From NCBI GenBank assembly GCA_041665085.1, contig JBAYJO010000003.1:2131-66130 (forward strand): a stretch of DNA of 64,000 nucleotides. The letters are read 5' to 3'. The stretch's first letter is position 1. Every line of letters starts with the position of its first letter. The translations under genes were made by a program, and so were the position numbers. Positions 20,304 to 29,208 of this stretch are shown piece after piece. This DNA comes from Patescibacteria group bacterium (lineage in GTDB: Bacteria; Patescibacteriota; UBA1384; JBAYJO01). The notes under the pieces were generated by a model that was not told where the DNA came from, ran no database searches, and was given only the letters and a program-made list of their open reading frames with translations.

Positions 20304-21080
20304 ATGGAAGAAAAATTTAAAAGGTTAAAAACCTTGAATGCGTGGGCGTGTTTGCTTCATTTGGTCTCGGGAATATTAATGGTAGCGTTATCAACTAACC
20401 TAGAAGTGCCTATTACGGCCTCTTTTTTGCATTTTGACAGATTTAGTCAGACTCTGGTTCCGCAGATGGAAACATTATTTTCAATTAAACTTGGACTACT
20501 TGTAGCATCATTTTTGTTTATGTCTTCAATCGCTCATTTTTTAATTGCTTTTCCACTTAATAGTTGGTACAACAAAAACCTTAAGAATAATATAAATATT
20601 GCAAGATGGATTGAATATGCTTTTTCGTCATCTGTTATGATGGTTGTTATTTCATTTTTAGTTGGTATGAGCGATATTGCAACTTTAATTGTAATATTTT
20701 TTCTAAATGCAATGATGATACTTTTTGGATGGATGATGGAGCTTCATAACCAAACCCTTCGACAGTGTTCGGAACAGGCCGAAAAGGTAAACTGGACAGC
20801 ATACATTTTTGGTTGTATTGCTGGAATTGGTCCATGGATTGCTGTTGCGATATATTTAGCAAGTCCGGGAGTAGCTGATAATCCACCAACTTTTGTGTAT
20901 TGGATTTTCTTTTCAATTTTTATTTTCTTTAACATTTTTGCTGTAAACCAGATACTTCAATATAAAAAATTCGGTAAATGGAATGATTATCTTTATGGAG
21001 AAAAAGTATATATTATTTTAAGTTTTGTGGCAAAATCGCTTCTTGCGTGGCAAGTTTTTGCTGGTACACTAAGACCATAG
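20304..21080 (+). CDS. heR: Heliorhodopsin
   Basis: 7-TM protein with LLH and AHF histidines, RWIEY counterion motif, YGEKVYIILSFVAK (SxxxK Schiff-base Lys) and terminal GTLRP. Confidence 0.93.
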   Translation: MEEKFKRLKTLNAWACLLHLVSGILMVALSTNLEVPITASFLHFDRFSQTLVPQMETLFSIKLGLLVASFLFMSSIAHFLIAFPLNSWYNKNLKNNINIARWIEYAFSSSVMMVVISFLVGMSDIATLIVIFFLNAMMILFGWMMELHNQTLRQCSEQAEKVNWTAYIFGCIAGIGPWIAVAIYLASPGVADNPPTFVYWIFFSIFIFFNIFAVNQILQYKKFGKWNDYLYGEKVYIILSFVAKSLLAWQVFAGTLRP

Positions 21081-21085
21081 GAAGT

Positions 21086-21454
21086 ATGAAAAAGATAAAC
21101 AAAAATTTAATTGCTTCGTGTGGAATGAACTGCGGAGTTTGTAGAGCATATTTGCGAGAGAAAAATAAATGTCCGGGCTGCCAAAAAGGTCCGACTATGA
21201 TTTCGTGCCAGCGTTGCAAACTTATGAACTGTCCTGATAGAAAGGGTGAATTTTGTTTTGAATGTGAGAAATTTCCATGTGATAGGCTTAATCATTTAGA
21301 TAAACGATATCGCGAAAAATACGGCATGAGTGAAATTGAAAATCTTGAAAATATTAGAGATAATGGGATTGATGAATTTATGAAAAGCCAGCGAAAAAAA
21401 TACCAATCAGAAAAAGGAACTTTTTGCGTGCATGATAAAAAATATTATAAATAA
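21086..21454 (+). CDS. DUF3795-like Cys-rich protein
   Basis: CGMNCGVC, CPGC, C..C and FCFECEKFPC pattern. Confidence 0.8.
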   Translation: MKKINKNLIASCGMNCGVCRAYLREKNKCPGCQKGPTMISCQRCKLMNCPDRKGEFCFECEKFPCDRLNHLDKRYREKYGMSEIENLENIRDNGIDEFMKSQRKKYQSEKGTFCVHDKKYYK

Positions 21455-21466
21455 AAAGGAGAAAAA

Positions 21467-21790
21467 ATGGATCATAATAATATTACTACAGCACTCGAAT
21501 TGCCAGATTTAAAAATTGAAAAAAATTTAGGTGTTGTAAAAGGGATTACTGTTAGATCAAGATCATTATTTGGAACTATTGGAGCAGCATTTCAGACACT
21601 AGCAGGTGGAAATATTTCACTTTTAACAACACTTTGTGAAAAAACTCGAGCCGAAGCTTATGAATTAATGATTAAGCACGCAGAAGAAATTGGGGCAAAT
21701 GCTGTTGTGGCGGTAAAATATGACGCTACTGAAGTGATGAGTGGCGTGACTGAAGTATTGTGCTACGGCACTGCCGTTGTGGTGAAATAA
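21467..21790 (+). CDS. YbjQ/UPF0145 family protein
   Basis: LGVVKG, GANAVVAVKYD, EVLCYGTAV. Confidence 0.92.
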   Translation: MDHNNITTALELPDLKIEKNLGVVKGITVRSRSLFGTIGAAFQTLAGGNISLLTTLCEKTRAEAYELMIKHAEEIGANAVVAVKYDATEVMSGVTEVLCYGTAVVVK

Positions 21791-21802
21791 TAAAAAAAGG
21801 AG

Positions 21803-22597
21803 TTGATGATGAATCTTGTAGACAAGATAATTTTGGTTACGGGTGCTGGAAGCGGCATTGGCAGAGAGCTTACTTTGTCTTTATTAAAAAAAGGTACAAA
21901 AGTTATAGCTGTTGATATTGATAATGAATCTTTAGAAGAAACTAAAAAACTGGCAGGGTTAAATAGTGAAAATATTACAACTCAAATTATAAATATCGCC
22001 GATAAAAAAGCAGTTGAAAATTTGCCCGAAAAGATCAAAAATATTGATGGTATTGTTAATAATGCTGGAATAATTCAACCTTTTGTCAAAATAAATGATC
22101 TTGATTATGAATCAATTGAAAGAGTTATGAATATTAATTTTTACGGTACACTTTATATGACCAAGGCGTTTTTGCCACTTTTATTAAAACGTCCAGAAGC
22201 GTATATTGTAAATATTTCCAGTATGGGAGGATTTTTGCCAGTGCCTGGTCAAAGCATTTATGGCGCATCAAAAGCGGCAGTAAAACTTATGACAGAGGGA
22301 TTGTATGCGGAGTTGGCGGACACTAATGTTCATGTTACGGTTGTTTTTCCGGGAGCTACTAAAACAAATATTACTGTAAATTCTGGTTTAGATCAGCCAA
22401 AAGGCGGTTCGGAAAATAATTTTCCAATGTTGCCGGCGAAAAACGCAGCAAATTTAATTGTTAAAGGTATTGAAAACAATAAATTTCAAGTATTTTTGGG
22501 TAAAGACTGCAAATCAATGAACTTTTTATACCGTCTGAATCCTCGCTTTGCCACCAATTTTATTGCCAAGCAAATGCGTTCTTTGTTGACCAAATAA
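21803..22597 (+). CDS. Short-chain dehydrogenase/reductase
   Basis: TGAGSGIG, NNAG and YGASK motifs. Confidence 0.93.
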   Translation: MMMNLVDKIILVTGAGSGIGRELTLSLLKKGTKVIAVDIDNESLEETKKLAGLNSENITTQIINIADKKAVENLPEKIKNIDGIVNNAGIIQPFVKINDLDYESIERVMNINFYGTLYMTKAFLPLLLKRPEAYIVNISSMGGFLPVPGQSIYGASKAAVKLMTEGLYAELADTNVHVTVVFPGATKTNITVNSGLDQPKGGSENNFPMLPAKNAANLIVKGIENNKFQVFLGKDCKSMNFLYRLNPRFATNFIAKQMRSLLTK

Positions 22598-22609
22598 TTC
22601 AAATCTTAT

Positions 22610-22650
22610 ACTAAAATTGTCCCGACGAATAATGTCGGGACAATTTTAGT
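22610..22650. terminator. 17-bp perfect inverted repeat between convergent genes
   Basis: ACTAAAATTGTCCCGAC-GAATAAT-GTCGGGACAATTTTAGT. Confidence 0.7.
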
Positions 22651-22659
22651 TAGAGAGTT

Positions 22660-22869
22660 CTACTTTCCGATCAAACCTGCTAAATGAAGCAGGTAGAGAA
22701 ATACTCCTACACAAACAAGTCCTGGTGCCCAAGCGAGCATTAGCCCAACTGGCGAGCCCCATTCATCCCAATGCGATCTGCGATACAATGGATAATCCAC
22801 ATTTCTGGTGCTTCTCAAAACCGATTCTTCGATTTCTTTGTTGAATCGCTTTGTTTCTTGTTTGTCCAT
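22660..22869 (-). CDS. Small hypothetical membrane protein
   Basis: 69 aa with a C-terminal hydrophobic helix; RBS AAGAGG upstream and an inverted-repeat terminator downstream. Confidence 0.55.
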   Translation of the reverse strand: MDKQETKRFNKEIEESVLRSTRNVDYPLYRRSHWDEWGSPVGLMLAWAPGLVCVGVFLYLLHLAGLIGK

Positions 22870-22910
22870 AATGTGTACCTCTTTTAGTTCATAAGATGAC
22901 TATCCGATCG

Positions 22911-22960
22911 ACCCTTCGACAAGCTCACCATTCGATCCCGAGCAACTCATGGTCGAGGGA
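22911..22960. repeat. CCCTTCGACAAGCTCA-type palindromic repeat
   Basis: CCCTTCGAC ... GTCGAGGG stem enclosing a nested segment. Confidence 0.55.
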
Positions 22961-23275
22961 TGGCAAGCCGAATTTTAGGATAGTTTTTGGGGCCCTTGAG
23001 TTTTCTCGTTTGGACTCCTTTAATTGCTTCAAGGGTAAAGCAGGAGTATCTAATCCAACGAGTTTATTATAATAAATTCAGGCAAAAAAACAACACCACT
23101 CTTGCTTGTCATTCCTTAATTTTACGCGAAGGAGAAACTTTTCCTTAATATTTTTGGCACTATAATAGAGGTGGTAAATACCATTTACTCTATGAGCTGA
23201 ACGACCTTGAGGTAGACGGCCTATTTGTTCTATAAGATGGAAAGACTGGGCGGAAGAAATAAATATATATTCATA

Positions 23276-23304
23276 TTGACATCAATAATGTATGGGTATA
23301 TATT
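23276..23304 (+). promoter_or_regulatory. Putative sigma70 promoter of the DUF5320 gene/cluster
   Basis: TTGACA-17 bp-TATATT; AAGGAGG RBS downstream. Confidence 0.65.
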
Positions 23305-23346
23305 TATAGTATAAGGTAAAATTATCACCGAAAGGAGGTGAGAAAT

Positions 23347-23586
23347 ATGCCAGGATTTGATCAAACAGGTCCTCAAGGACGAGGTCCAATGACAGGAAGA
23401 GGGTTGGGACCATGCGGGAGAGGTATGGGCTGGGGCAGAGGTTACGGACAAGGTTGTGGGAGATTCGCAGGACGATCCTATCTCTCAAAAAGAGAAGAAG
23501 TGGAAGATTTAGAAGAAGAAGCCAAAGATCTTGAATCAGATCTTAAAGCTTTAAAAGAAAGAATTGCTGAGATCAAGGGAGAATAA
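23347..23586 (+). CDS. DUF5320 family protein
   Basis: MPGFDQTGPQGRGPMTGRGLGPC signature, Gly/Arg-rich middle and C-terminal coiled coil. Confidence 0.9.
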   Translation: MPGFDQTGPQGRGPMTGRGLGPCGRGMGWGRGYGQGCGRFAGRSYLSKREEVEDLEEEAKDLESDLKALKERIAEIKGE

Positions 23587-23686
23587 AAAAGCCGCTCCGG
23601 CGATCCAGTCTTTCTGGACGCTGGGGCGACCCTGCATTTTCAATTTTACTGAAAAATAAATATTTATCAATAAGAGAGGGAGTAAA

Positions 23687-24418
23687 ATGAGATTGGAAAA
23701 TAAAGTAGCGATTGTAACGGGTGCAGCATCCGGTATCGGCAAAGCGATCGCTGAAACATTTATTAAAGAAGGGGCCAAGGTTGTCTATTCCGATATTAAT
23801 GCGCCGGATAATTTTGAAACAACCGACAGAACATTATTTATAAAATGCGATGTTTCAAATTCAAAAGATGTGGATGCGTTGATTGGTGGAACAATCGATC
23901 ATTTTGGTAAAATTGACATTATGGTAAATAATGCCGGAATCGGCGGTTTGGGCGGTATTCTTGATGTTACTGATGAGAATTGGGATAAAACAATCGGGAT
24001 AAATCTTTCCGGCGTGATGTACGGCATGAGAGCAGTAGCCAATAAGATGAAGGAGTCGAACATCAAGGGCGCTATCATTAATATGAGTTCTATCTTGGGA
24101 AGTGTTGGTTTTAATGGAGCTATTGCATACTGCGCGGCAAAAGGCGGAATTGTTCAACTAACGCATGCCGGTTCTCTTGATCTTGCTCAATATAATATTA
24201 GAGTAAACGCAATTGCCCCGGGATTTATCCAAACCAATATGACAAAAGATATTTTGAAAGATGAACAATTTAATCAATTAGTAACCGGATCAACACCGCT
24301 GGGGCATGTTGGTGAGCCAGATGACATTGCCAATGCTGCTGTTTATTTGGCATCAGACGAGGCCAAATATGTCACAGGTAACATTTTATATGTTGACGGT
24401 GGGTGGACAGCTAAATAG
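23687..24418 (+). CDS. SDR oxidoreductase (FabG/glucose dehydrogenase-like)
   Basis: TGAASGIG, NNAG, YCAAK, VDGG. Confidence 0.93.
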   Translation: MRLENKVAIVTGAASGIGKAIAETFIKEGAKVVYSDINAPDNFETTDRTLFIKCDVSNSKDVDALIGGTIDHFGKIDIMVNNAGIGGLGGILDVTDENWDKTIGINLSGVMYGMRAVANKMKESNIKGAIINMSSILGSVGFNGAIAYCAAKGGIVQLTHAGSLDLAQYNIRVNAIAPGFIQTNMTKDILKDEQFNQLVTGSTPLGHVGEPDDIANAAVYLASDEAKYVTGNILYVDGGWTAK

Positions 24419-24428
24419 AAAGGAAGAA

Positions 24429-24767
24429 ATGAAAATAGCAATCGGAATAAAAGACAAAGAGAGCAAAGAAATAAATGAGATGTTTGCTAGATCTTCGTAT
24501 TTTTTATTTATAGAAGTTGAAAATAAAGAAATTGTCAATGAAAAAATTGAAGAAAATACATTTACCGATCAAATGAGCGGCGCTGGGATTGCCGTAATTG
24601 AACATTTGGCAAAAAAGGAAGTCGAGACAATAATTTGCGCTAATCTTGGACCACGTGCGCTTGATCTTTGTAAACAACTTCAAATTAAAGCCTACAAAAC
24701 AAATGATTCTACCTATGAAAAAACTATAGAATTATTTTTGAAAAATGATTTAGTTGAGATCAAATAA
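24429..24767 (+). CDS. NifB/NifX family (FeMo-cofactor-binding-like) protein
   Basis: MKIAI..FARSSYF..GAGI..LGPRA pattern. Confidence 0.85.
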   Translation: MKIAIGIKDKESKEINEMFARSSYFLFIEVENKEIVNEKIEENTFTDQMSGAGIAVIEHLAKKEVETIICANLGPRALDLCKQLQIKAYKTNDSTYEKTIELFLKNDLVEIK

Positions 24768-24768
24768 T

Positions 24769-25116
24769 ATGAAAATAGCAATACCAACAAACGACAAAAA
24801 AACTGTTGCAGACCATTTTGGACGTTGCCAAACATACTTGTGTTTTGACGAAAAAGGCAATAGTTTGGCCGAGATTAACAATACTTCCGAGCATATGGGC
24901 GGACAAGGATTGCCTCCGGAATTACTAAAAAATAACGGTGTGGATGTTCTTTTGTGCAAAGATTTAGGACCCTACGCTATCTCACTTTGCAGTGAAAATA
25001 ACATAAAGGTTTACAAACATTCTGAAGCAGAATTGATAAATAGCCTTTTTAATTTATGGCAGTCTAATAAATTAAAAGAAATCGCTATCGGTGAAGGCTG
25101 TGAAAGCCATCAATAA
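24769..25116 (+). CDS. NifB/NifX family protein
   Basis: MKIAIP..HFGRC..GVDVLLC..LGP pattern. Confidence 0.88.
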   Translation: MKIAIPTNDKKTVADHFGRCQTYLCFDEKGNSLAEINNTSEHMGGQGLPPELLKNNGVDVLLCKDLGPYAISLCSENNIKVYKHSEAELINSLFNLWQSNKLKEIAIGEGCESHQ

Positions 25117-25125
25117 GGAGAAAAT

Positions 25126-25995
25126 ATGAAAATTGCAGTCGCCGGAGGAAAAGGTGGAACCGGAAAATCTACTATCGCGACAATAATTGCGGCAGAATTG
25201 GGCGTAAAAGCAAAAACTATGCTCATTGATTGCGATGTAGAATGTCCCAATGATCATTTGCTTTTGAATACTAAGCTTAAATTCTATAAAGATGTTTTTC
25301 AAGTTATTCCTAAATGGGATCAAGACATCTGCAACAAATGTGGCAAATGCGCTGAAATTTGTAAACAAGATGCTATAATTTTTGTCGAAGGCAAATTTCC
25401 CGCGTTTTTAGCGGAAAGATGCATTGGTTGTAAGGCATGCTTAGCTGCCTGTCCGCTCCATGCAATAAGCACTGATCAAAGGCCTGTTGGAAAAATTTAC
25501 CTGTCGGATAGCAAAAAATATAATATTACTTTAGTCACCGGAGAGTTAAATATTGGAGATTTGGCTTCCGGAGAAATTGTAGCCGAATTACGAAAAGAGT
25601 CAAAAAAAATTAATCTTGATAAAAAATGCGAGCATATTGTTACTGATGCGGCCGCCGGAATCGGTTGTCCTGTTATCGCTTCAATATTGAACAATGATTA
25701 TATGATCGCGGTTACCGAGCCAACTCCTTCTGCTTTTAGCGACTTAAAGAGAGTAATCAGCTTGGCAACTCATTTTAATATTCCCATTGGAATTGTAATA
25801 AATAAGTATGATATAAATGAAAAATTTATTAAGGAAATTGAAAAATTTGCCGATTGCTATAAAATTAAAATAGTCGGAAAAATCCCTTACGATAAAAATC
25901 TGATAAAATTAAATGTGGAAGGAAAAATAAGCGACAAGAGCAAATATAAAGAAATTATTAAAAAATTATTAAGCAATATTGAAGAAACCATATGA
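25126..25995 (+). CDS. MinD-superfamily P-loop ATPase with inserted ferredoxin domain
   Basis: GGKGGTGKST, DCDVECPN, two CxxCxxCxxxC clusters and DAAAGIGCPV. Confidence 0.9.
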   Translation: MKIAVAGGKGGTGKSTIATIIAAELGVKAKTMLIDCDVECPNDHLLLNTKLKFYKDVFQVIPKWDQDICNKCGKCAEICKQDAIIFVEGKFPAFLAERCIGCKACLAACPLHAISTDQRPVGKIYLSDSKKYNITLVTGELNIGDLASGEIVAELRKESKKINLDKKCEHIVTDAAAGIGCPVIASILNNDYMIAVTEPTPSAFSDLKRVISLATHFNIPIGIVINKYDINEKFIKEIEKFADCYKIKIVGKIPYDKNLIKLNVEGKISDKSKYKEIIKKLLSNIEETI

Positions 25996-27263
25996 AAATG
26001 AACGCCAAAATAATTTCATTAATCTCAGCCATTACCAATATTATATTGTCGGCGGCAAAATTGATTGCCGGTTTTGCTTTTGGTAGCATTACATTGATTG
26101 CATCAGGTATAGATTCATCCCTAGACATTGTGTCTTCTCTTATAACTTTCTTTGGAATTAAAATCTCTGAAAAACCTGCCGACAAAGAACATCCTTATGG
26201 TCATGCAAGATATGAAAGTTTGGCTAGCTATACCGTAGTAATGCTTATTTTTGCTTCGACGCTTTGGATTATTTATGAAGCTTTCATTGAATTATTCAAA
26301 GGCGGTTACAATGTGCAGTATTCAATAATTTCTATAATAGTAATTATTGCTGCCATAATTATTACAGAAGTGCTAGCACGGCTTAAGTACTACTTTGGCA
26401 ATAAGTTTTCCTCGCTTTCTCTTGTTGCGGACGCACAACATTCAAGAGCCGATGTTCTATCGCAGATTGCCGTTTTAACCGGTCTTTATATAACAAAATA
26501 TTTTTCTGTCGCAGACAATATTTTAGCAATTCTAATTGCTTTTTATGTTCTCTGGAGTACATATAATCTTGCTAAGGAATCGGTTGATTCGCTAGTCGAT
26601 AAGGCAAATAATGAACTTGAAAAAAAGATTGATGATTGGCTTAAAACCAATGATTATCATTTTTCCGATATAAAGACTCGAAAAATAGGATCTCAAAATT
26701 TTGCTGAAATATTCTTAGTATTGGAAAAAAAATTAGAAACAGAAGAAATAACTGAATATCTTCGAAAACTCGAGCATCAGATATTAAACAGTTTTAACGA
26801 ATTGACTCAAGTCACTTTGTCCATTGATTCGCATAATATTTCGGACTCTTCGACCAGAAATTGGCTTGGCGGAAGAATGCATTTTCGATTTGCCAATTCT
26901 AATATGAAAGGCACAGCAATCAGCCCCAAAGAAACAGATGCTTACCGTATTGTAATTCCGTATCAAGATGGCAAAATATCTTCAGATTTTGGTTCTAAAG
27001 AGTACATGCTAATCGACCGTTCCTCTAAAAAAGAAGGGTTTAAGAAAGAAATTACAGCCAATCCTTTTTTTGACAATGGAGAAAATTCAGGTCACGGAGT
27101 TCGTTTTATAAAATCCGTCGATGCGGATGAAATCATTGTTAGATCGATCGGTCACGGAGCATTGAACAATTTAAAGTCACAAAATGTTAAGATTACTATC
27201 CTTAAGAAGGATATTAGTTTAGATGAATTAGAAAGAGAAAAGTATGAAACCGAGAAAATGTAG
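25992..27263 (+). CDS. Cation diffusion facilitator with C-terminal NifX-like domain
   Basis: PADKEHPYGH and ADAQHSRAD CDF motifs; tail IVIP..FG..GHG..IGHGA resembles NifX. Confidence 0.85.
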   Translation: MKMNAKIISLISAITNIILSAAKLIAGFAFGSITLIASGIDSSLDIVSSLITFFGIKISEKPADKEHPYGHARYESLASYTVVMLIFASTLWIIYEAFIELFKGGYNVQYSIISIIVIIAAIIITEVLARLKYYFGNKFSSLSLVADAQHSRADVLSQIAVLTGLYITKYFSVADNILAILIAFYVLWSTYNLAKESVDSLVDKANNELEKKIDDWLKTNDYHFSDIKTRKIGSQNFAEIFLVLEKKLETEEITEYLRKLEHQILNSFNELTQVTLSIDSHNISDSSTRNWLGGRMHFRFANSNMKGTAISPKETDAYRIVIPYQDGKISSDFGSKEYMLIDRSSKKEGFKKEITANPFFDNGENSGHGVRFIKSVDADEIIVRSIGHGALNNLKSQNVKITILKKDISLDELEREKYETEKM

Positions 27264-27528
27264 AAAAATCGAATTTGAACCAAGCGTTTTTTATTTTAAA
27301 CCGCAGGGAGTCCCGCTTCGTTTTTTGGATGAGGTTGATCTTTCAGCTGAAGAATTAGAAGCAATGAGGCTAAAAAATATTGAGGATATGGATCAGATCG
27401 AAGCAGCAGAAAAAATGCATACTTCGCAGAGTACCTTCCAACGAATCTTGTCTTCCGCATACAAAAAGATTTCCATTGCCTTGATAGAAGGCAAAGCAAT
27501 AAAAATTCATGAAATTGAGCGTCCATAA
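27244..27528 (+). CDS. DUF134 HTH protein
   Basis: PRKCRKI, FKPQG, EELEAMRL, SQSTFQRIL, ALIEGKAI. Confidence 0.92.
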   Translation: MKPRKCRKIEFEPSVFYFKPQGVPLRFLDEVDLSAEELEAMRLKNIEDMDQIEAAEKMHTSQSTFQRILSSAYKKISIALIEGKAIKIHEIERP

Positions 27529-27588
27529 AACATTTTGCGTGTCAATAAACCAATGTCTTGTTAAAAAATAGCTTTAGCTTTAGCTTTA

Positions 27589-28354
27589 GGGGACGCTTCA
27601 CTTTCACTCAATGCTTTAGCGATAACTTAAATTTTGGTATAGTATAGTTATGCCACGACAACCAAGATTTCTTCCACCGGACAACTACTATCATATAATG
27701 AACCGCGGTAATAACGGCCAGCAGATTTTTACTTGTGATGAAGATTATCAATATTACCTCGACAAATTATTAGAACTTAAATATGAACATCCATTTAATC
27801 TCTCTCACTATTGTCTGATGCCTACTCATGTTCATTTTTTACTAAAAATAATCAAAGAAACTGATTTTTCCATCTTTTCAAAACGGTTGAACTTAAGTTA
27901 CGCTATTTATTTTAAAAGAAACTATGGCTCTATAGGCCATTTCTGGCAGGGTAGGTTTAAAAGCCAGTTAATAAGCAATGATATCTATCTTATGCAGTGC
28001 GGAAAATATATTGAATTAAATCCAGTCAGAGCAGACATGATAACAATGCCAGAAGACTATTCCTGGTCAAGCTATCAATATTATGCCTTTGGTAAAAAGA
28101 ACAGTTTGATTACCGAAGATATTTTTTACAATGAATTTGGAAATGATCAAAAAGAAAGGCAAAAAAATTATTCCCAATTTATGATTGATGAGGCTATTGC
28201 GACTACGATGAGTAGTAAGAAGCTAGCTATCGGAGCTAAAGATTTCGTGTATAATATAAATAGAAAAAATAAATACCACTTAGAAAATAAAGATGCTTCC
28301 TACCATTCAAAAAATACTTATCGCTAAAGTATTGAGTGAAAGTGAAGCGTCCCC
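27589..28354 (+). mobile_element. RAYT/Y1 transposase element bounded by 37-bp terminal inverted repeats
   Basis: 27589-27625 GGGGACGCTTCACTTTCACTCAATGCTTTAGCGATAA versus the reverse complement of 28318-28354: 36 of 37 identical. Confidence 0.8.
27650..28327 (+). CDS. REP-associated tyrosine transposase (Y1 HUH)
   Basis: YHIMNRGNN, CLMPTHVH (HUH), FWQGRFKS, YIELNPVRA, YSWSSY. Confidence 0.92.
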   Translation: MPRQPRFLPPDNYYHIMNRGNNGQQIFTCDEDYQYYLDKLLELKYEHPFNLSHYCLMPTHVHFLLKIIKETDFSIFSKRLNLSYAIYFKRNYGSIGHFWQGRFKSQLISNDIYLMQCGKYIELNPVRADMITMPEDYSWSSYQYYAFGKKNSLITEDIFYNEFGNDQKERQKNYSQFMIDEAIATTMSSKKLAIGAKDFVYNINRKNKYHLENKDASYHSKNTYR

Positions 28355-28397
28355 GAAAGTCCCCGAAAGACTATGATTTAGAGGGCGGGTATAATAC

Positions 28398-29141
28398 ATG
28401 GACGGTGCAATGAGCAGTATTAATATTTTAATTTTAGCTTTTCTTTCCGGATTGGCTACATTTTTCGGTGTTTACCTTGGAGACAAAAGCAATAAAAGCA
28501 CTGCAAATATTGCTTTCGGCACTAGTTTTGCGGCTGGTATTATGATTTTAATATCATTTTTTGAGCTTATTCCGGAAGCTTACCATAGTGCTGGTGCAAG
28601 GTCTTTATTTTGGGTAGTTTTAGGTTTATTGGCAGTTTGGTTGATAAATAAAATCTTGCCGCATATTCACTCAATAAAAGGGATTGAAAATTGTGAACAA
28701 AAATGTTCTCTAAAATTATCTTATCTTTTAGCGATCGGCTTAATTCTTCATGACTTTCCGGAAGGATTTGCCATCCCAAGCTCATTTACAAGTTCTTCAG
28801 AGCTAGGATTGCTTCTAGTAATTGCTACATTTATTCACAATATTCCAGAAGGATATGTTTTAACTGTTGCCTCGGCTAAATACAAGAGCAAAGGGTTCTT
28901 TTATAAATTGGCACTATTTTCAGCAGTTTCGACACTGTTAGGGGCTACTCTAGGCGTAATTTTAATTCATTACTTTAGTTTTCTTAACCCAGTCTTTCTT
29001 TCGATTGCCGCAGGAGCGATGATATTTATATCTATTCACGAACTCATTCCAGCGAGTTTAAAGAATGGCAGGAAACTGACTTTTCTTCTCGGAACTAGTA
29101 CTTCGCTGGCTGTTTACTTCGGACTTAATTTAATATTTTAA
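28398..29141 (+). CDS. ZIP family metal transporter (ZupT-like)
   Basis: FAAGIM..ELIPEA, LHDFPEG, HNIPEG, AAGAM..HELIP. Confidence 0.92.
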   Translation: MDGAMSSINILILAFLSGLATFFGVYLGDKSNKSTANIAFGTSFAAGIMILISFFELIPEAYHSAGARSLFWVVLGLLAVWLINKILPHIHSIKGIENCEQKCSLKLSYLLAIGLILHDFPEGFAIPSSFTSSSELGLLLVIATFIHNIPEGYVLTVASAKYKSKGFFYKLALFSAVSTLLGATLGVILIHYFSFLNPVFLSIAAGAMIFISIHELIPASLKNGRKLTFLLGTSTSLAVYFGLNLIF

Positions 29142-29208
29142 TTTTTGTTAGATTTAGATTTACTTTTTTGTGGTATGATAAAATTATATAAATAACTAAA
29201 GGAGAAAA

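Noticed and set aside
23161-23260. Possible riboswitch after TATAAT at 23161
   Set aside because: Only one modest hairpin (ATAGAG..CTCTAT) and no consensus I could recognise; an Rfam search would be needed.
23240-23614. 10-bp inverted repeat GAAAGACTGG / CCAGTCTTTC around the DUF5320 gene
   Set aside because: Too short to exceed chance, with no other sign of a mobile element.
24429-25995. Nitrogen fixation genes
   Set aside because: NifX-like domains and a MinD-type ATPase occur widely without nitrogenase; there is no nifHDK.
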